Translations under genes and position numbers: made by a program
The notes under the pieces: generated by a model
Databases searched by the model: none
What the model was told of the DNA's origin: nothing
The model's input: the letters and a program-made list of their open reading frames with translations, nothing else
Origin: Pristiophorus japonicus
Taxonomy: Eukaryota
Assembly (NCBI RefSeq): GCF_044704955.1
Contig: NC_091982.1
Span: forward strand, 146,630,001-146,694,000
Direction: 5' to 3'
DNA length: 64,000 nt
Shown here: piece by piece, positions 11,470 through 24,043 of the stretch
How the letters are laid out: every line of letters starts with the position of its first letter
How positions within the stretch are numbered: the first letter of the stretch is position 1

Positions 11470-14400
11470 ACTCACACACCCCCACCCCACCCAAACACTA
11501 CCCCCACAACCAGACATTGCCATCCCTCCCCACCCAGACACTACCCCACCGATCACCCAGACACTCCCACCACCCCACACCGACACTCCCCCCTCCACAC
11601 CCAGACACTCCCCCTTCCACACCCAGACACTCCCCCCTCCACACCCAGATACTCCCTCCCCCACACCCAGACACTCCCTCCCCCACACCCAGATACTCCC
11701 TCCCCCACACCCAGACACTCCCCCTTCCACACCCAGACACTCCCCCCTCCACACCCAGATACTCCCTCCCCCACACCCAGACACTCCCCCCCCTCCACAC
11801 CCAGACACTTCCTCCCCCACACCCAGACACTCCCCCCCCCCCCTCCACACCCAGACACTTCCTCCCCCACACCCAGATACTTCCTCCCCCACACCCAGAC
11901 ACTCCCTCCCCCACACCCAGATACTCCCTCCACCACACCCAGACACTCCCCCCCCCTCCACACCCAGACACTCCCCCTTCCTATCCCAGACACTCCCCCC
12001 TCCACACCCAGACACTCCCCCCCCTCCACACCCAGACGCTTCCTCCCCCACACCCAGACACTCCCCCCCCTCCACACCCAGACACTTCCTCCCCCACACC
12101 CAGACACTCCCCCTTCCACACCCAGATACTCCCTCCCCCACACCCAGACACTCCCCACCCCACACCCAGAAACTCCACCCCCCCATACACCTACACACTG
12201 CCTTCTCCACACTCAGACAGTCCCCCACAACCGCCACACCCAGACACTCTCCACCCCCCCACACCCAGACACTCCCTCCCCCACACCCAGACACTCCCTC
12301 CCCCACACCCAGAAACTCCCTCCCCCACACCCAGACACTCCCCCCTCCACACCCAGACACTCCCCCCTCCACACCCAGACACTCCCCCCTCCACACCCAG
12401 ACACTCCCCCCTCCACACCCAGACACTCCCCCCTCCACACCCAGACACTCCCCCCTCCACACCCAGACACTCCCCCCTCCACACCCAGACACTCCCCCCT
12501 CCACACCCAGACACTCCCCCCTCCACACCCAGACACTCCCCCCTCCACACCCAGACACTCCCCCCTCCACACCCAGACACTCACCCCTCCACACCCAGAC
12601 ACTCACCCCTCCACACCCAGACACTCACCCCTCCACACCCAGACACTCACCCCTCCACACCCAGACACTCACCCCTCCACACCCAGACACTCCCCCCTCC
12701 ACACCAAGACACTCCCTCCCCCACACCCAGAAACTCCACCCCCCCCTACACCTAGACACTGCCTTCTCCACACCCAGACAGTCCCCCACAACCCCCACAC
12801 CCAGACACTCTCCCCCCCCCACACCCAGACACTCCCTCCCCCACACCCAGACACTCCCTCCCCCACACCCAGAAACTCCCTCCCCCACACCCAGACACTC
12901 CCCCCTCCACACCCAGACACTCCACCCCCCCTACACCTAGACACTGCCTTCTCCACACTCAGGCAGTCCCTCACAACCCCCACACCCAGACACTCTCCCA
13001 CCCCCCCCACACCCAGACACTCTTCCCCCCCCCACACCCAGACACTCTTCCCCCCCCCACACCCAGACACTCTTCCCCCCCCCACACCCAGACACTCCCT
13101 CCCCCACACCCAGACACTCCCCACATCCCCCCACACCCAGACACTCCCTCCCCCACACCCAGACACTCCCTCCCCCACACCCAGAAACTCTTCCCCCCCC
13201 CCCACACCCAGACACTCCCTCCCCCACACCCAGACACTCCCTCCCCCACACCCAGACACTCCCCCCCCCACACCCAGACACTCCCCCCCCCCCACACCCA
13301 GACACTCCCCCCCCCCCACACCCAGACACTCCCCCCCCCCACACCCAGACACTCCCCCCACCCAACACCTAGACACTGCCTTCTCCACACCCAGACAGTC
13401 CCTCACAACCCCCACACCCAGACACTCCACCCCCATCACACCCAGACACTCCCTCCCCCACACCCAGACACTCCCCCCCCACACCCAGACACTCCTTCCT
13501 CCACAACCTGACACACCCCACACCGAGACACTCCCAGCACCCCCCCCCCACACCGAGACACTCAGCCCCCCAACACCCAAACACTCCCACCCCACACCCA
13601 GACACTCCCCCGCCCCCCCCACACCCAGACACTCTCCCCCCCCCACAGCCAGACATTCCCCACCCCCCACAACCAGACACTCCCCCCCCCCACCACACCC
13701 AGACAATCCCCACCACCCCCACACCCAACACCCCCCCACCCAACACCCACCCACCCCCCCCCAACACCCCCCCAAACCCACTCTCCCCCCACACCGACAT
13801 ACTCCCACCACCCCCCACACCCAGACACATTCCCGCCCCCCCCCCACACCCACACACTCCCCCGCCCCCCCCACACCCACACACTCCCCCTACACCCCAC
13901 ACACCCAGACACTTCCCCTCTCCCCACACACCCAGACACTCCCCCCCCCCCCACACCCAGACACTCCCCCACCCCCACACCCAGACACTCCCCCCGCACA
14001 CACACCCAGACACTTCCCCCCCCGACAGCAGACACTCCTCCCCCCCCACAACCAGACACTCCCCCCCCCCCACAACCAGACACTCCCCCCCCCACAACCA
14101 GACACTTCCCCCCCCCCCCCACACCCAGACACTCCCCCCCTCTCCACACCCAGACACTCCCCCCCTCTCCACACCCAGACACTCCCCCCCTCACACCCAG
14201 ACACTCCCCCCCTCACACCCAGACACTCCCCCCCTCACACCCAGACACTCCCCCCCTCACACCCAGACACTCCCCCCCTCACACCCAGACACTCCCCCCC
14301 TCACACCCAGACACTTCCCCCCCCACACCCAGACACTCCCCCCCCCACACCCAGACACTCCCCCCCCCACACCCAGACACTCCCCCCCCACACCCAGACA

Positions 14401-17153
14401 CTCCCCTCCCCACACTCTCCCCCCCCCACACACTCCCCCCCCCCACACAGACATTCCCCCCCCCACACCCAGACACTCCCCCCCCACACCCAGACACTCC
14501 CCCCCCACACCCAGACACTCCCCCCCCCCACACCCAGACACTCCCCCCCCCCCCCACACCCAGACACTCCCCCCCCCCCCCACACCCAGACACTCCCCCC
14601 CCCACACCCAGACACTCCCCCCCCCCCACACCCAGACACTCCCCCCCCCCACACCCAGACACTCCCCCCCCACACCCAGACACTCCCCCCCCACACCCAG
14701 ACACTCCCCCCCACACCCAGACACTCCCCCCCAACACCCAGACACTCCCCCCCCCCACACCCAGACACTCCCCCCCCACACCCAGACACTCCCCCCCCAC
14801 ACCCAGACACTCCCCCCCCACACCCAGACACTCCCCCCCCCACCCAGACATTTCCCCCCCCCACACCCAGACACTCCCCCCCCCCACCCAGACACTCCCC
14901 ACCCCCACACCCTCCCCCCCCACACCCACACCCTACCCCCCCACACCCACACCCTCCCCCCCCCACACCCACACCCTCCCCCCCCGACACCCAGACACCC
15001 CACCCCCCACACCCAGACACTCCCCGCCCCCCACACACCCAGACACTCCCCCCCCCACACACCCAGACATTCCCTCCCCCACACACCCAGACATTCACCC
15101 CCCCACACACCCAGACATTCCCCCCCCACACACCCAGACACACCCCCCCCCACACCCAGACCCCCCCCCCCACACCCAGACACCCCCCCCACACCCAGAC
15201 ACCCCCCCCACAACCAGACACCGCCCCCCCCACACCCAGACACCGCCCCCCCCACACCCAGACACCGCCCCCCCCACACCCAGACACCGCCCCCCCCCAC
15301 ACCCAGACACTCCCCCCCCCTCACACCCAGACACTCCCCCCCCACACCCAGACACTCCCCCCCCCCACCCAGACACTCCCCCCCCCCACACCCAGACAAT
15401 CCCCCCCACCCAGACACTCCCCCCCCACACACCCAGACAATCCCCTCCACCCAGACACTCCCCCCCCACACACCCAGACACTCCCCCCCCCACACACCCA
15501 GACACTCTCCCCCCCCCACACACCCAGACACTCTCCCCCCCCCACACACCCAGACAGACACTCCCCCCCCCCCACACACCCAGACAGACACTTCTCCCCC
15601 CCACACCCAGACACTCCCCCCCCCCCACACCCAGACACTCCCCCCCCCCCACACCCAGACACTCCCCCCCCTCAACACCCAGACACTCCCCCCCCCCACA
15701 CCCAGACACTCCCCCCCCCACACCCAGACACTCCCCCTCCCCAAACCCAGACACCCCCCCCCAAACCCAGACACTCCCCCCCGCAAACCCAGACAATCCC
15801 CCCCCCACACCCAGACACTCCACCCCCACACACCCAGACACTCCACCCCCCCACACCCAGACACTCCACCCCCCCACACCCAGACACTCCCCCCCCACAC
15901 CCAGACACTCCCCCCCCACACCCAGACACTCCCCCCCCACACCCAGACACTCCCCCCCCCACACCCAGACACTCCCCCCCCACACCCAGACACTCCCCCC
16001 CCACACCCAGACACTACCCCCCCACACCCAGACACTCCCCCCCACACCCAGACACTCCCCCCCCACACCCAGACACTCCACCCCCCCCACACCCAGACAC
16101 TCCACCCCCACACACCCAGACACTCCCCCCCCACACCCAGACACTCCCCCCCCCACACCCAGACACTCCCCCCCCCACACCCAGACACTCCCCCCCCCAC
16201 ACCCAGACACCCCCCACCCCCACACCCAGACACTCCCCCCACCCCCACACCCAGACACTCCCCACACCCCCACACCCTCCCCCCACCCCCACACCCAGAC
16301 ACTCCCACCATCCCCACACCCAGACCCTCCCCCCCCCCACACCCACACCCTTCCCCCCCCACACCCACACCCTCCCCCCCCCACACCCACACCCTCCCCC
16401 CCCCGACACCCAGACACCCCCCCCCACACCCAGACACTCCCCGCCCCCCACACACCCAGACACTCCCCGCCCCCCACACACCCAAACATTCCCCCCCCAC
16501 ACACCCAGACACCCCCCCCCCCACACCCAGACACACCCCCCCCCACACCCAGACACCCCCCCCACACCCAGACACCCCCCCCCACACCCAGACACCCCCC
16601 CCCCACACCCAGACACCCCCCCCACACCCAGACACCCCCCCCCACACCCAGACACCGCCCCCCCCCACACCCAGACACCGCCCCCCCCCACACCCAGACA
16701 CCGCCCCCCCCCACACCCAGACACCGCCCCCCCCACACCCAGACACCGCCCCCCCCCACACACCGCCCCCCCCCACACCCAGACACTCCCCCCCCTCACA
16801 CCCAGACACTCCCCCCCCTCACACCCAGACACTCCCCCCCCCTACCCAGACACTCCCCCCCCCCCCCCACACCCAGACACTCTCCCCCCCACACACCCAG
16901 ACAGACACTCCCCCCCCCCACACACCCAGACAGACACTTCCCCCCCCACACCCAGACACTCCCCCCCCCCCCACACCCAGACACTCCCCCCTCAACACCC
17001 AGACACTCCCCCCCCTCAACACCCAGACACTCCCCCCCCTCAACACCCAGACACTCCCCCCCCCCCACACCCAGACACTCCCCCACCCCAAACCCAGACA
17101 CTCCACCCCCCCACACCCAGACACTCCACCCCCCCACACCCAGACACTCCACC
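11470..17153 (+). repeat. C-rich minisatellite, ~21-24 bp unit CCCCACACCCAGACACTCCCC, running into the gap
   Basis: About 5.7 kb of visible tandem units with variable poly-C length. Confidence 0.98.
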
Positions 17154-17353
17154 NNNNNNNNNNNNNNNNNNNNNNNNNNNNNNNNNNNNNNNNNNNNNNN
17201 NNNNNNNNNNNNNNNNNNNNNNNNNNNNNNNNNNNNNNNNNNNNNNNNNNNNNNNNNNNNNNNNNNNNNNNNNNNNNNNNNNNNNNNNNNNNNNNNNNNN
17301 NNNNNNNNNNNNNNNNNNNNNNNNNNNNNNNNNNNNNNNNNNNNNNNNNNNNN
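17154..17353. other. assembly gap (200 N)
   Basis: Exactly 200 N, typical of a placeholder gap of unknown true size. Confidence 0.99.
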
Positions 17354-17672
17354 CGCGCCTCGCTCTCCCAATCCCACCCGCGCCTCGCTCTCCCAATCCC
17401 ACCCGCGCCTCGCTCTCCCAATCCCACCCGCACCTCGCTCTCCCAATCCCACCCGCACCACGCTCTCCCAGTCCCACCCGCACCTCGCTCTCCGAACCCC
17501 TTTCCACCCGCACCACGCTCTCCGAACCCCTTTCCACCCGCACCAGGCTCTCCGAACCCCTTTCCACCCGCACCAGGCTCTCCGAACCCCTTTACACCCG
17601 CACCAGGCTCTCCGAACCCCTTTACACCCGCACCAGGCTCTCCGAACCTCTTTACACCCGCACCAGGCTCTC
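17354..17672 (+). repeat. C-rich minisatellite (26-bp unit grading to 30-bp unit)
   Basis: CGCGCCTCGCTCTCCCAATCCCACCC units, then CACCCGCACCAGGCTCTCCGAACCCCTTTC units. Confidence 0.93.
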
Positions 17673-18241
17673 CCTCTCCTCCCCCTAGATTTGGTTGATT
17701 TCTCGGAAAGCGTGTGTGGCAAGTGACATCATTGGTCTGGACAAAATCCAGAAGTCACAACACTGTCATTATTCACTTGATACCCAATAAACCCTTTAAC
17801 AATCTGTGACCCACAAACAATGCTCCATCTATGGAGCGGGGAGGCAGGGAGAGGTCAGGAGCTTGTTGGTGGGTGGGAGGCGGTCATGAACCTAGGGAAG
17901 GAACTTGGGTAGCAGGGGCTCAGGAACCTGGGGGGAGGAACTTGGGCAGGGAAGAAGGTTAAGAACTTTGGCGGGAGGGTGGATGACGTGAATTTGGACG
18001 GGGGCGCGTGGGGTCGGTCAGGAACGTGAACAGACGGAGAAGGTCAGGAAGATGGTGCGTGGAAGGTCAAAACGCAGGGGTGTGAAGATGTTTAGAACCT
18101 TGTTGGAGGTTACATGAACTTGTTTGGGGTGGGGGAAGGGGGAGAGAGATGGTCTTAACCCGTGAGGGGAGAGCCCTGACTGTTCTATGTGAGCTCTGTT
18201 CTGTCTGGAGCCTGGCAGTCAAAATGGCTCAAATTACACTT

Positions 18242-18916
18242 TAGAAACATAGAAACATAGAAAATAGGTGCAGGAGTAGGCCATTCGGCCCTTCGAGCCT
18301 GCACCGCCATTCAACAAGATCACCCACACCCCCTCCACACCCCCGATCCCCCCAGCCGCAAGGACCACATCCAACTACATCCCGAACACATCCAATGAAC
18401 TGGCATCCAACAACTCTCCGCGGCAGGGAACCCCAAAGGCCAACAACTCCCCGAGTGAAGAAGTCTCACCCAATCCCAGCCCCAAACAGCCTACCCTCCA
18501 TCCCAAGAGTGTGCCCCCCCCCCCCCCCCCACGGCTCCGGACCCACCCAGCACCGGGAACACTCCCCCCGCACCCAACCCGTCTCGTCCCGTCCTAAATG
18601 CCGAACACTCCCGGATGTCGAGCCCCCAGCCCCCGCAATGCCAACCACACCACATCTACCAATCGCCATCTGCGCAGTCAACCCGTCCACCCCACTCTGA
18701 ACACTCTCCGCACCGAGGCACAGAGCCCCCAGGCCCGCCCCTCCAACACACTTCGCCCCCCCAGACCTCCGCTGCAATGTGGCCCCTCCTGTCCCACGCC
18801 CTGGGTTTATCCGCCCCCCACCTCCACCACTCTCCCCTACCTCCACCACTCTCCCCTACATCCCCCATCCCCGACTCCCCTCCACTTCCCTCTGCCTCCC
18901 CGCACAGGCTCCCATC
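18242..18916 (-). mobile_element. internally deleted, A-to-G hypermutated CR1 LINE
   Basis: (TTTCTATG)n tail and 3' UTR align with the copy starting at 34701; 18594-18916 matches the endonuclease N-terminal region (compare 48800-48950); pervasive T>C on the + strand. Confidence 0.85.
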
Positions 18917-19562
18917 TTGGGGGCGGTAACCTTCTGGGGCTGGGAATTTTAGCCCCCAGCATGGAAGTCCTGCTCCTGCCGCAGAATTGGCCTTACCACC
19001 CCTCAATGGAAGCGGAGTGCAATTTCCCACACTCCACTTCCTTTGGGGGCAGTTACCATGGCACGACTGGATGCTCCTGTGACAGTTTGAACTGGTGCTC
19101 TCCACTCTCCCATCCCCCATCCTGTGACAGTTTGAACTCTCTTTCGGTAATGTTTTCAAAGTCTCTTTTGGTAATGTTTTCACCTGTTGGTAGGTTTGTC
19201 TAGTTCCAGATTCAGTGGAAGGAGATTGCAAATCAGGAGCATTCCTTCAATACACAGTTACTAGTCAATACAGCAGCACCTAGAGAACATTAATGACCTG
19301 AATGTAAATCCTGATCAATCATTCATTTGAACATGTCAGTTCAACAATTCATTACCACATGCAAACTACTAGAAGCTTGGATAGCATGTGTGTTATTCTT
19401 AAACTGCCTTGTAAATGATACTGCAGAAAAGCTGCTTACAGACGTTACGTGTAACCAAAGGTAAAGAATTTCTCAAACATAAACACAATTTAAGAGGAAA
19501 AAGAATGAAAAAGTAAAATATTTTCTGCAGGGACAAACAAGCTGCAGAGTGTGCTTCGATTT

Positions 19563-19815
19563 TGTGGTGTCTCTGCACCGTACTACAAACTCAGTCACTA
19601 CGTGACCTTAACCTTTATTCCCAGGACCAAGGAGTGCTGACCCTGGGTGGGACCTCCCCTTTTATACCTGGAAACCCAGGTGAGGAGTGTCTCCCATAAG
19701 TTCACCCCCTATGGTCAGGATGTGCTTTTCTAGGGTATAAGTACAGTGTACAGGAGTTGCATGAAGGTTACAGTTACATGAAGATTACCGTTGCATGATG
19801 GTTACATACATGACA
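19563..19815 (-). mobile_element. short solo LTR
   Basis: TGT...ACA termini; perfect 5-bp TSD GATTT (19558-19562, 19816-19820); minus-strand TATAAAA (19660-19666) and AATAAA (19614-19619). Confidence 0.85.
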
Positions 19816-21099
19816 GATTTCCAAACCAAAACATTCCAAGCCATGTGCTAAATACAATGCCTGGTCTGTGTCAAGGTACTGATCTCAATTGAGGTCGCAA
19901 TTGGCTCAGAGTCCCTGAAGTGGAGAAAAAACAAAGAAAATTGGCAAGATTCCCACTTGCAAAGTATTTGATTTCTTGGGCAGGCAAGATCTACTGCTGG
20001 GCGTGTCTGGTTCCCTTAGAGGACAAATCAGAAATCAGGTGTTGCCTTCAAGGTGACCAATATCAGAGATCTGGTGTTCGAAATAAACACAACCTTTTTT
20101 ATATATCTCAACTTCAAAGGGAAGCTTCTTACATTCACTTGACCAGTGGGAGTGGTGTATATCAATCAGGTTCCCTCCTTTTCCTGCTAATTATCCGAAC
20201 GATCAGTAAGTGCTCTGGGAGATCTTTTGAAACACAGAAGAAAGAATTTCTAGACAGGCCGGCTCAACTTTACAACGCCCTTGCCATCCAGTCTCATTTG
20301 AACCAAGGATCCTTCACCGGACCAGATAAGTTGTGAAATGTTTGTCACCTCCTAGGCTGTTCGATAGACCCGAGTCTCCCAAATAACTTTTAATACTACC
20401 CTCCTAGTGTAATTAACTCAATAGCTTGATTTTATGTCCTTTGTTTGACTACCTTGTCAGCTTATGTTGACCAGCTACTTCCTCGCATTCAATTCAGCCG
20501 ATGAACTTCATATTGCGCGGGCAGCTTTTAAACTAAAACTAATTTTAGGCAGTTTGCAGGGCATTTCTTCTACGATTCTCTTGGGCAACTTTGCACAATT
20601 TAAGGGGCACTTTTGCTACACTATAGGCAAACTATTCAACTGCAGGATGTATACCAATCCTGTCTTCATACAATAACTCACATCGGTACTCAGTAACTGG
20701 TCATTAGTAACTGATAGTGCAGCTAATTCCTCACATCACCAAGCTTTGGGATATCAATGCCCGTTGTGGTCCCCGATGTTAATATTGGGTGAAAACAGGT
20801 AACAGTAACATTTCTCATTTATTTATTTTACTATCAGGTTAGGCTCCTCATGTGTAAATTTGTTTGACGATAGCTTCTAGAGCTTCACTCGAGCCATACA
20901 ATCATCGCATTCTCTTTAAAGGCTTCGGCTTGTCAAACCTCCTGACTTTCTTCATTCTCCACCAGGAACAGTTGTGCAGTCTTGCCTTTGGAATCAGTTG
21001 GTGACTGCTGTATTTTTGCCATTGTCTCTTCTATGTATGGCCAGGTAACTGTGGTACAGATTTTTACTTTGCACAACTGTCCATATTATTTGTGCTTTT

Positions 21100-23050
21100 A
21101 AGAACATAACATAAGAGATAGGAGCTGGAGTAGGCCATTTGAACCCTCAAGCCTGCTCCGCTAGTTAACAAGATCATGGTTGATCTGATCATGGACTCAG
21201 CTCCACTTCCCATCCCGCTCCCCATAACCCTTTACTTCCTTATCGCTCAAAAATCTGTCTATCTCCGCCTTAAATATATTCAATGACCCAGCCTCCACAG
21301 CTCTCTGGGGCAGAGAATTCCATAGATTTACAACCCTCAGAGAAGAAATTCCTCCTCATCTCAGTTTTAAATGAGCAGCCACTTATTCTGAGACTATGTC
21401 CCCTAGCTTTAGTTTCCCCCGTGAGTGGAAATATCCTCTCTGCATCCACCTTGTCGAGCCCCCTCATTATCTTGTATGTTTCAATAAGATCACCTCTCAT
21501 TCTTTTGAACTCCAATGAGTATAGGCCCAACCTACTCAACCTATCTTCATAAATCAACCCCCTCATCTCCAGAATCAATCTAGTAAACCTTCTCTGAACA
21601 GCCTCCAATGCAAGTATATCCTTCCTTTAAATACGGAGACTAAAACTGTATGCAGTACTCTAGGTGTGGCCTCACCAATACCCTGTACAGTTGTAGCAGG
21701 ACTTCTCTGCTTTTATACTCTATCCCCCTTGCAATAAAGGCCAACATTCCATTTGCCTTCCTGATTACTTGCTGTACCTGCATACTAACTTTTTGTGTTT
21801 CATGCACAAGGACCCCCAGGGCCCTCTACTGCAGCACATTGCAATTTTTCTCCATTTATTTTGCCAAAATGGATAATCTCACATTTTCCCACATTATACT
21901 CCATCTGCCAAATTTTTACACACTCACAATTTACAATTCACAATTAGCCTTTCTGTATCCCTTTGCAGATCTTTTGTGTCCTCCTCACAATTTACTTTCC
22001 CACCCATCTTTGTATTATCAGTAAACTTGGCTACATTGCACTCGGTCCCTTCATCCAAGTCATTAATATAGATTGTAAATAGTTAAGGTCCTAGCACTGA
22101 TCCCTACAGCACCCCACTAGTCACTGTTTGCCAACCGGAAAATGACCCATTTATCCCGACTCTCTGTTTTCTGTTAGTTAGCCAATCCTCTGTCCATGCT
22201 AATATATTACCCCCAACCCCGTGAACTTTTATCTTGTGCAGTAATCTTTTATGTGGCACCTTATCGAATGCCTTCTGAAAATCCAAATACACCACATCCA
22301 CTGGTTCCTCGTTATCCACGCTGCTCGTTACATCCTCAAAAGAACTCCAGCAAATTTGTCAAACATGATTTCCCTTTCATAAAACCATGCTGACTCTGCT
22401 TGATTGAATTATGCTTTTCCAAATATCCCGCTACTGCTTCCTTAATAATGGACTCCCAGCATTTTCCAACGAAGATGTTAGGCTAACTAGTCTATAGTTT
22501 CCTGCTTTCTGTCTGCCTCCTTTTTAAATAGAGGCATTACATTTGCGGTTCTCCAATCTGCTGGGACCGCCCCAGAATCCAGGAAGTTTTGGTGGATTAC
22601 AACCAATGCATCCACTATCTCCGCAGCCACTTCTTTTCAGACCCTAAGATGTAAGCCATCAGGTCCAGGGGACTTGTCTGCCTTTAGTCCCATTATTTTA
22701 CTGAGTACCACTACTTTAGTAATAGTGATTGTATTACGTTCTTCCCTCCCTAAAGCCTCTTGATTATCCATTAATGGGATGTTTTCGGTGTCTTCTACCA
22801 TGAAGACCGATACAAAATATTTGTTTAATGTCTCTGCCATTTCTCTGTTCTCCATTATTAATTCCCCAGTCTCATCCTCTAGGGGACCAACATTTACTTT
22901 AGCCAATCTTTTCCTTTTTATGTACCTGTAGAAACTCTTATATTTCGTGCTAGTTTACTTTCACAATCTATCTTCCCTTTCTATTATTATTTTTTTTAGT
23001 TCTTTGCTGACTTTTAAAAGATTCCCAATCCTGTGGCCTCCCACGAGTCT
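21100..23050 (-). mobile_element. CR1-type LINE, 5'-truncated, decayed
   Basis: Fragmented ORF2 (KVNVGPLEDETGE, VYLDFQKAFDKVPH, RGDLIETYK) and 3' tail. Confidence 0.92.
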
Positions 23051-23599
23051 TTTGTGAGTAGTTCTCATTCAATTTCCATACTGGGCTTTGTCCGTCACAC
23101 ACACTCCATTATGAGCTAATTCTAGCTGCAGGTAGCCACCCACAGTTGCTGGGGCTCAATTTTTGAGCAGTGTGTCACTTATCTTCTATTGACAAGGACT
23201 CGTTGGTAGCAGTCCTCGGTCCTATCAGTTAACAAATTAAGGTACAGGAAGTACTTCCAGTAGACTGCTGCATTGGTACCTAGTAGGATTGCTGCACAAA
23301 TGTAGTTTGATCCAGTACATGTCAAGAAGCTACTGTATTTCTCATTGAGAACATCTTCCTTGTTGCTCGTCTGTAACACATCTATCCTGTTGACCCTGTT
23401 GTCTCATAAGGTATTTAGTTCATGCAAACATTCCTGACTCAGGCATTTAGCAAGGCTCCCAAAGCTCAGAATTTGATGGCTGACTTGCTGTTTAAAAGCA
23501 ACAACTTACTCGTGCAGGAGGGCTTTGTGAGTGCTTTACAATGAAGAGGATGAGGGGATGCCCAATATGAGGAAAAGGGAGAGAACAGAGAATCACTGA

Positions 23600-24043
23600 C
23601 CACACATGATCAGCTCCACTGGACAGGCCACATTGTTAGCATGCCAGACATGACTCTCCCAAAGCAAGCGCTCTACTCTGAACTGCTTCACGGCAAACGA
23701 GCCAAAGGTGGGCAGAGGAAATGTTACAAGGACACCCTCAAAGCCTCCCTGATAAAGTGCAACATTCCCACTGACACCTGGGAGTCCCTGGCCAAAGACC
23801 GCCCTAAGTGGAGGAAGTGCATCCAGAGGGCGCTGAGCACCTCAAGTCTCATCGCCGAGAGCATGCAGAAATCAAACGCAGGCAGCGGAAAGAGTATGCG
23901 GCAAACCAGTCCCACCCACCCCTTCCCTCAACAACTATCTGTCCCACCTGTGGCTCTCTTATTGGACTGTTCAGCCACCTAAGGACTCATTTTTAGAGTG
24001 GAAGCAAGTCTTCCACGATTCCGAGGGACTGCCCATGATGATG
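23600..24043 (+). mobile_element. RTE LINE 3' fragment
   Basis: MPDMTLPKQALYSELLHGKRAKGGQRKCYKDTLK; (TGA)n tail. Confidence 0.88.

Noticed and set aside
11470-17672. Possible CRISPR-like repeat-spacer array
   Set aside because: Units are head-to-tail with only poly-C length variation, there are no unique spacers or cas genes, and the context is vertebrate.
11445-17722. Many long ORFs (up to 850 aa) resembling extensin or keratin-associated proteins
   Set aside because: They come from the C-rich tandem array and some run through the N gap; no splice or codon evidence.
19920-21060. Search for UBXN7 upstream exons or another gene in this unique-looking DNA
   Set aside because: No frame I checked gave UBXN7 or a recognisable protein; short frames are interrupted by stops.
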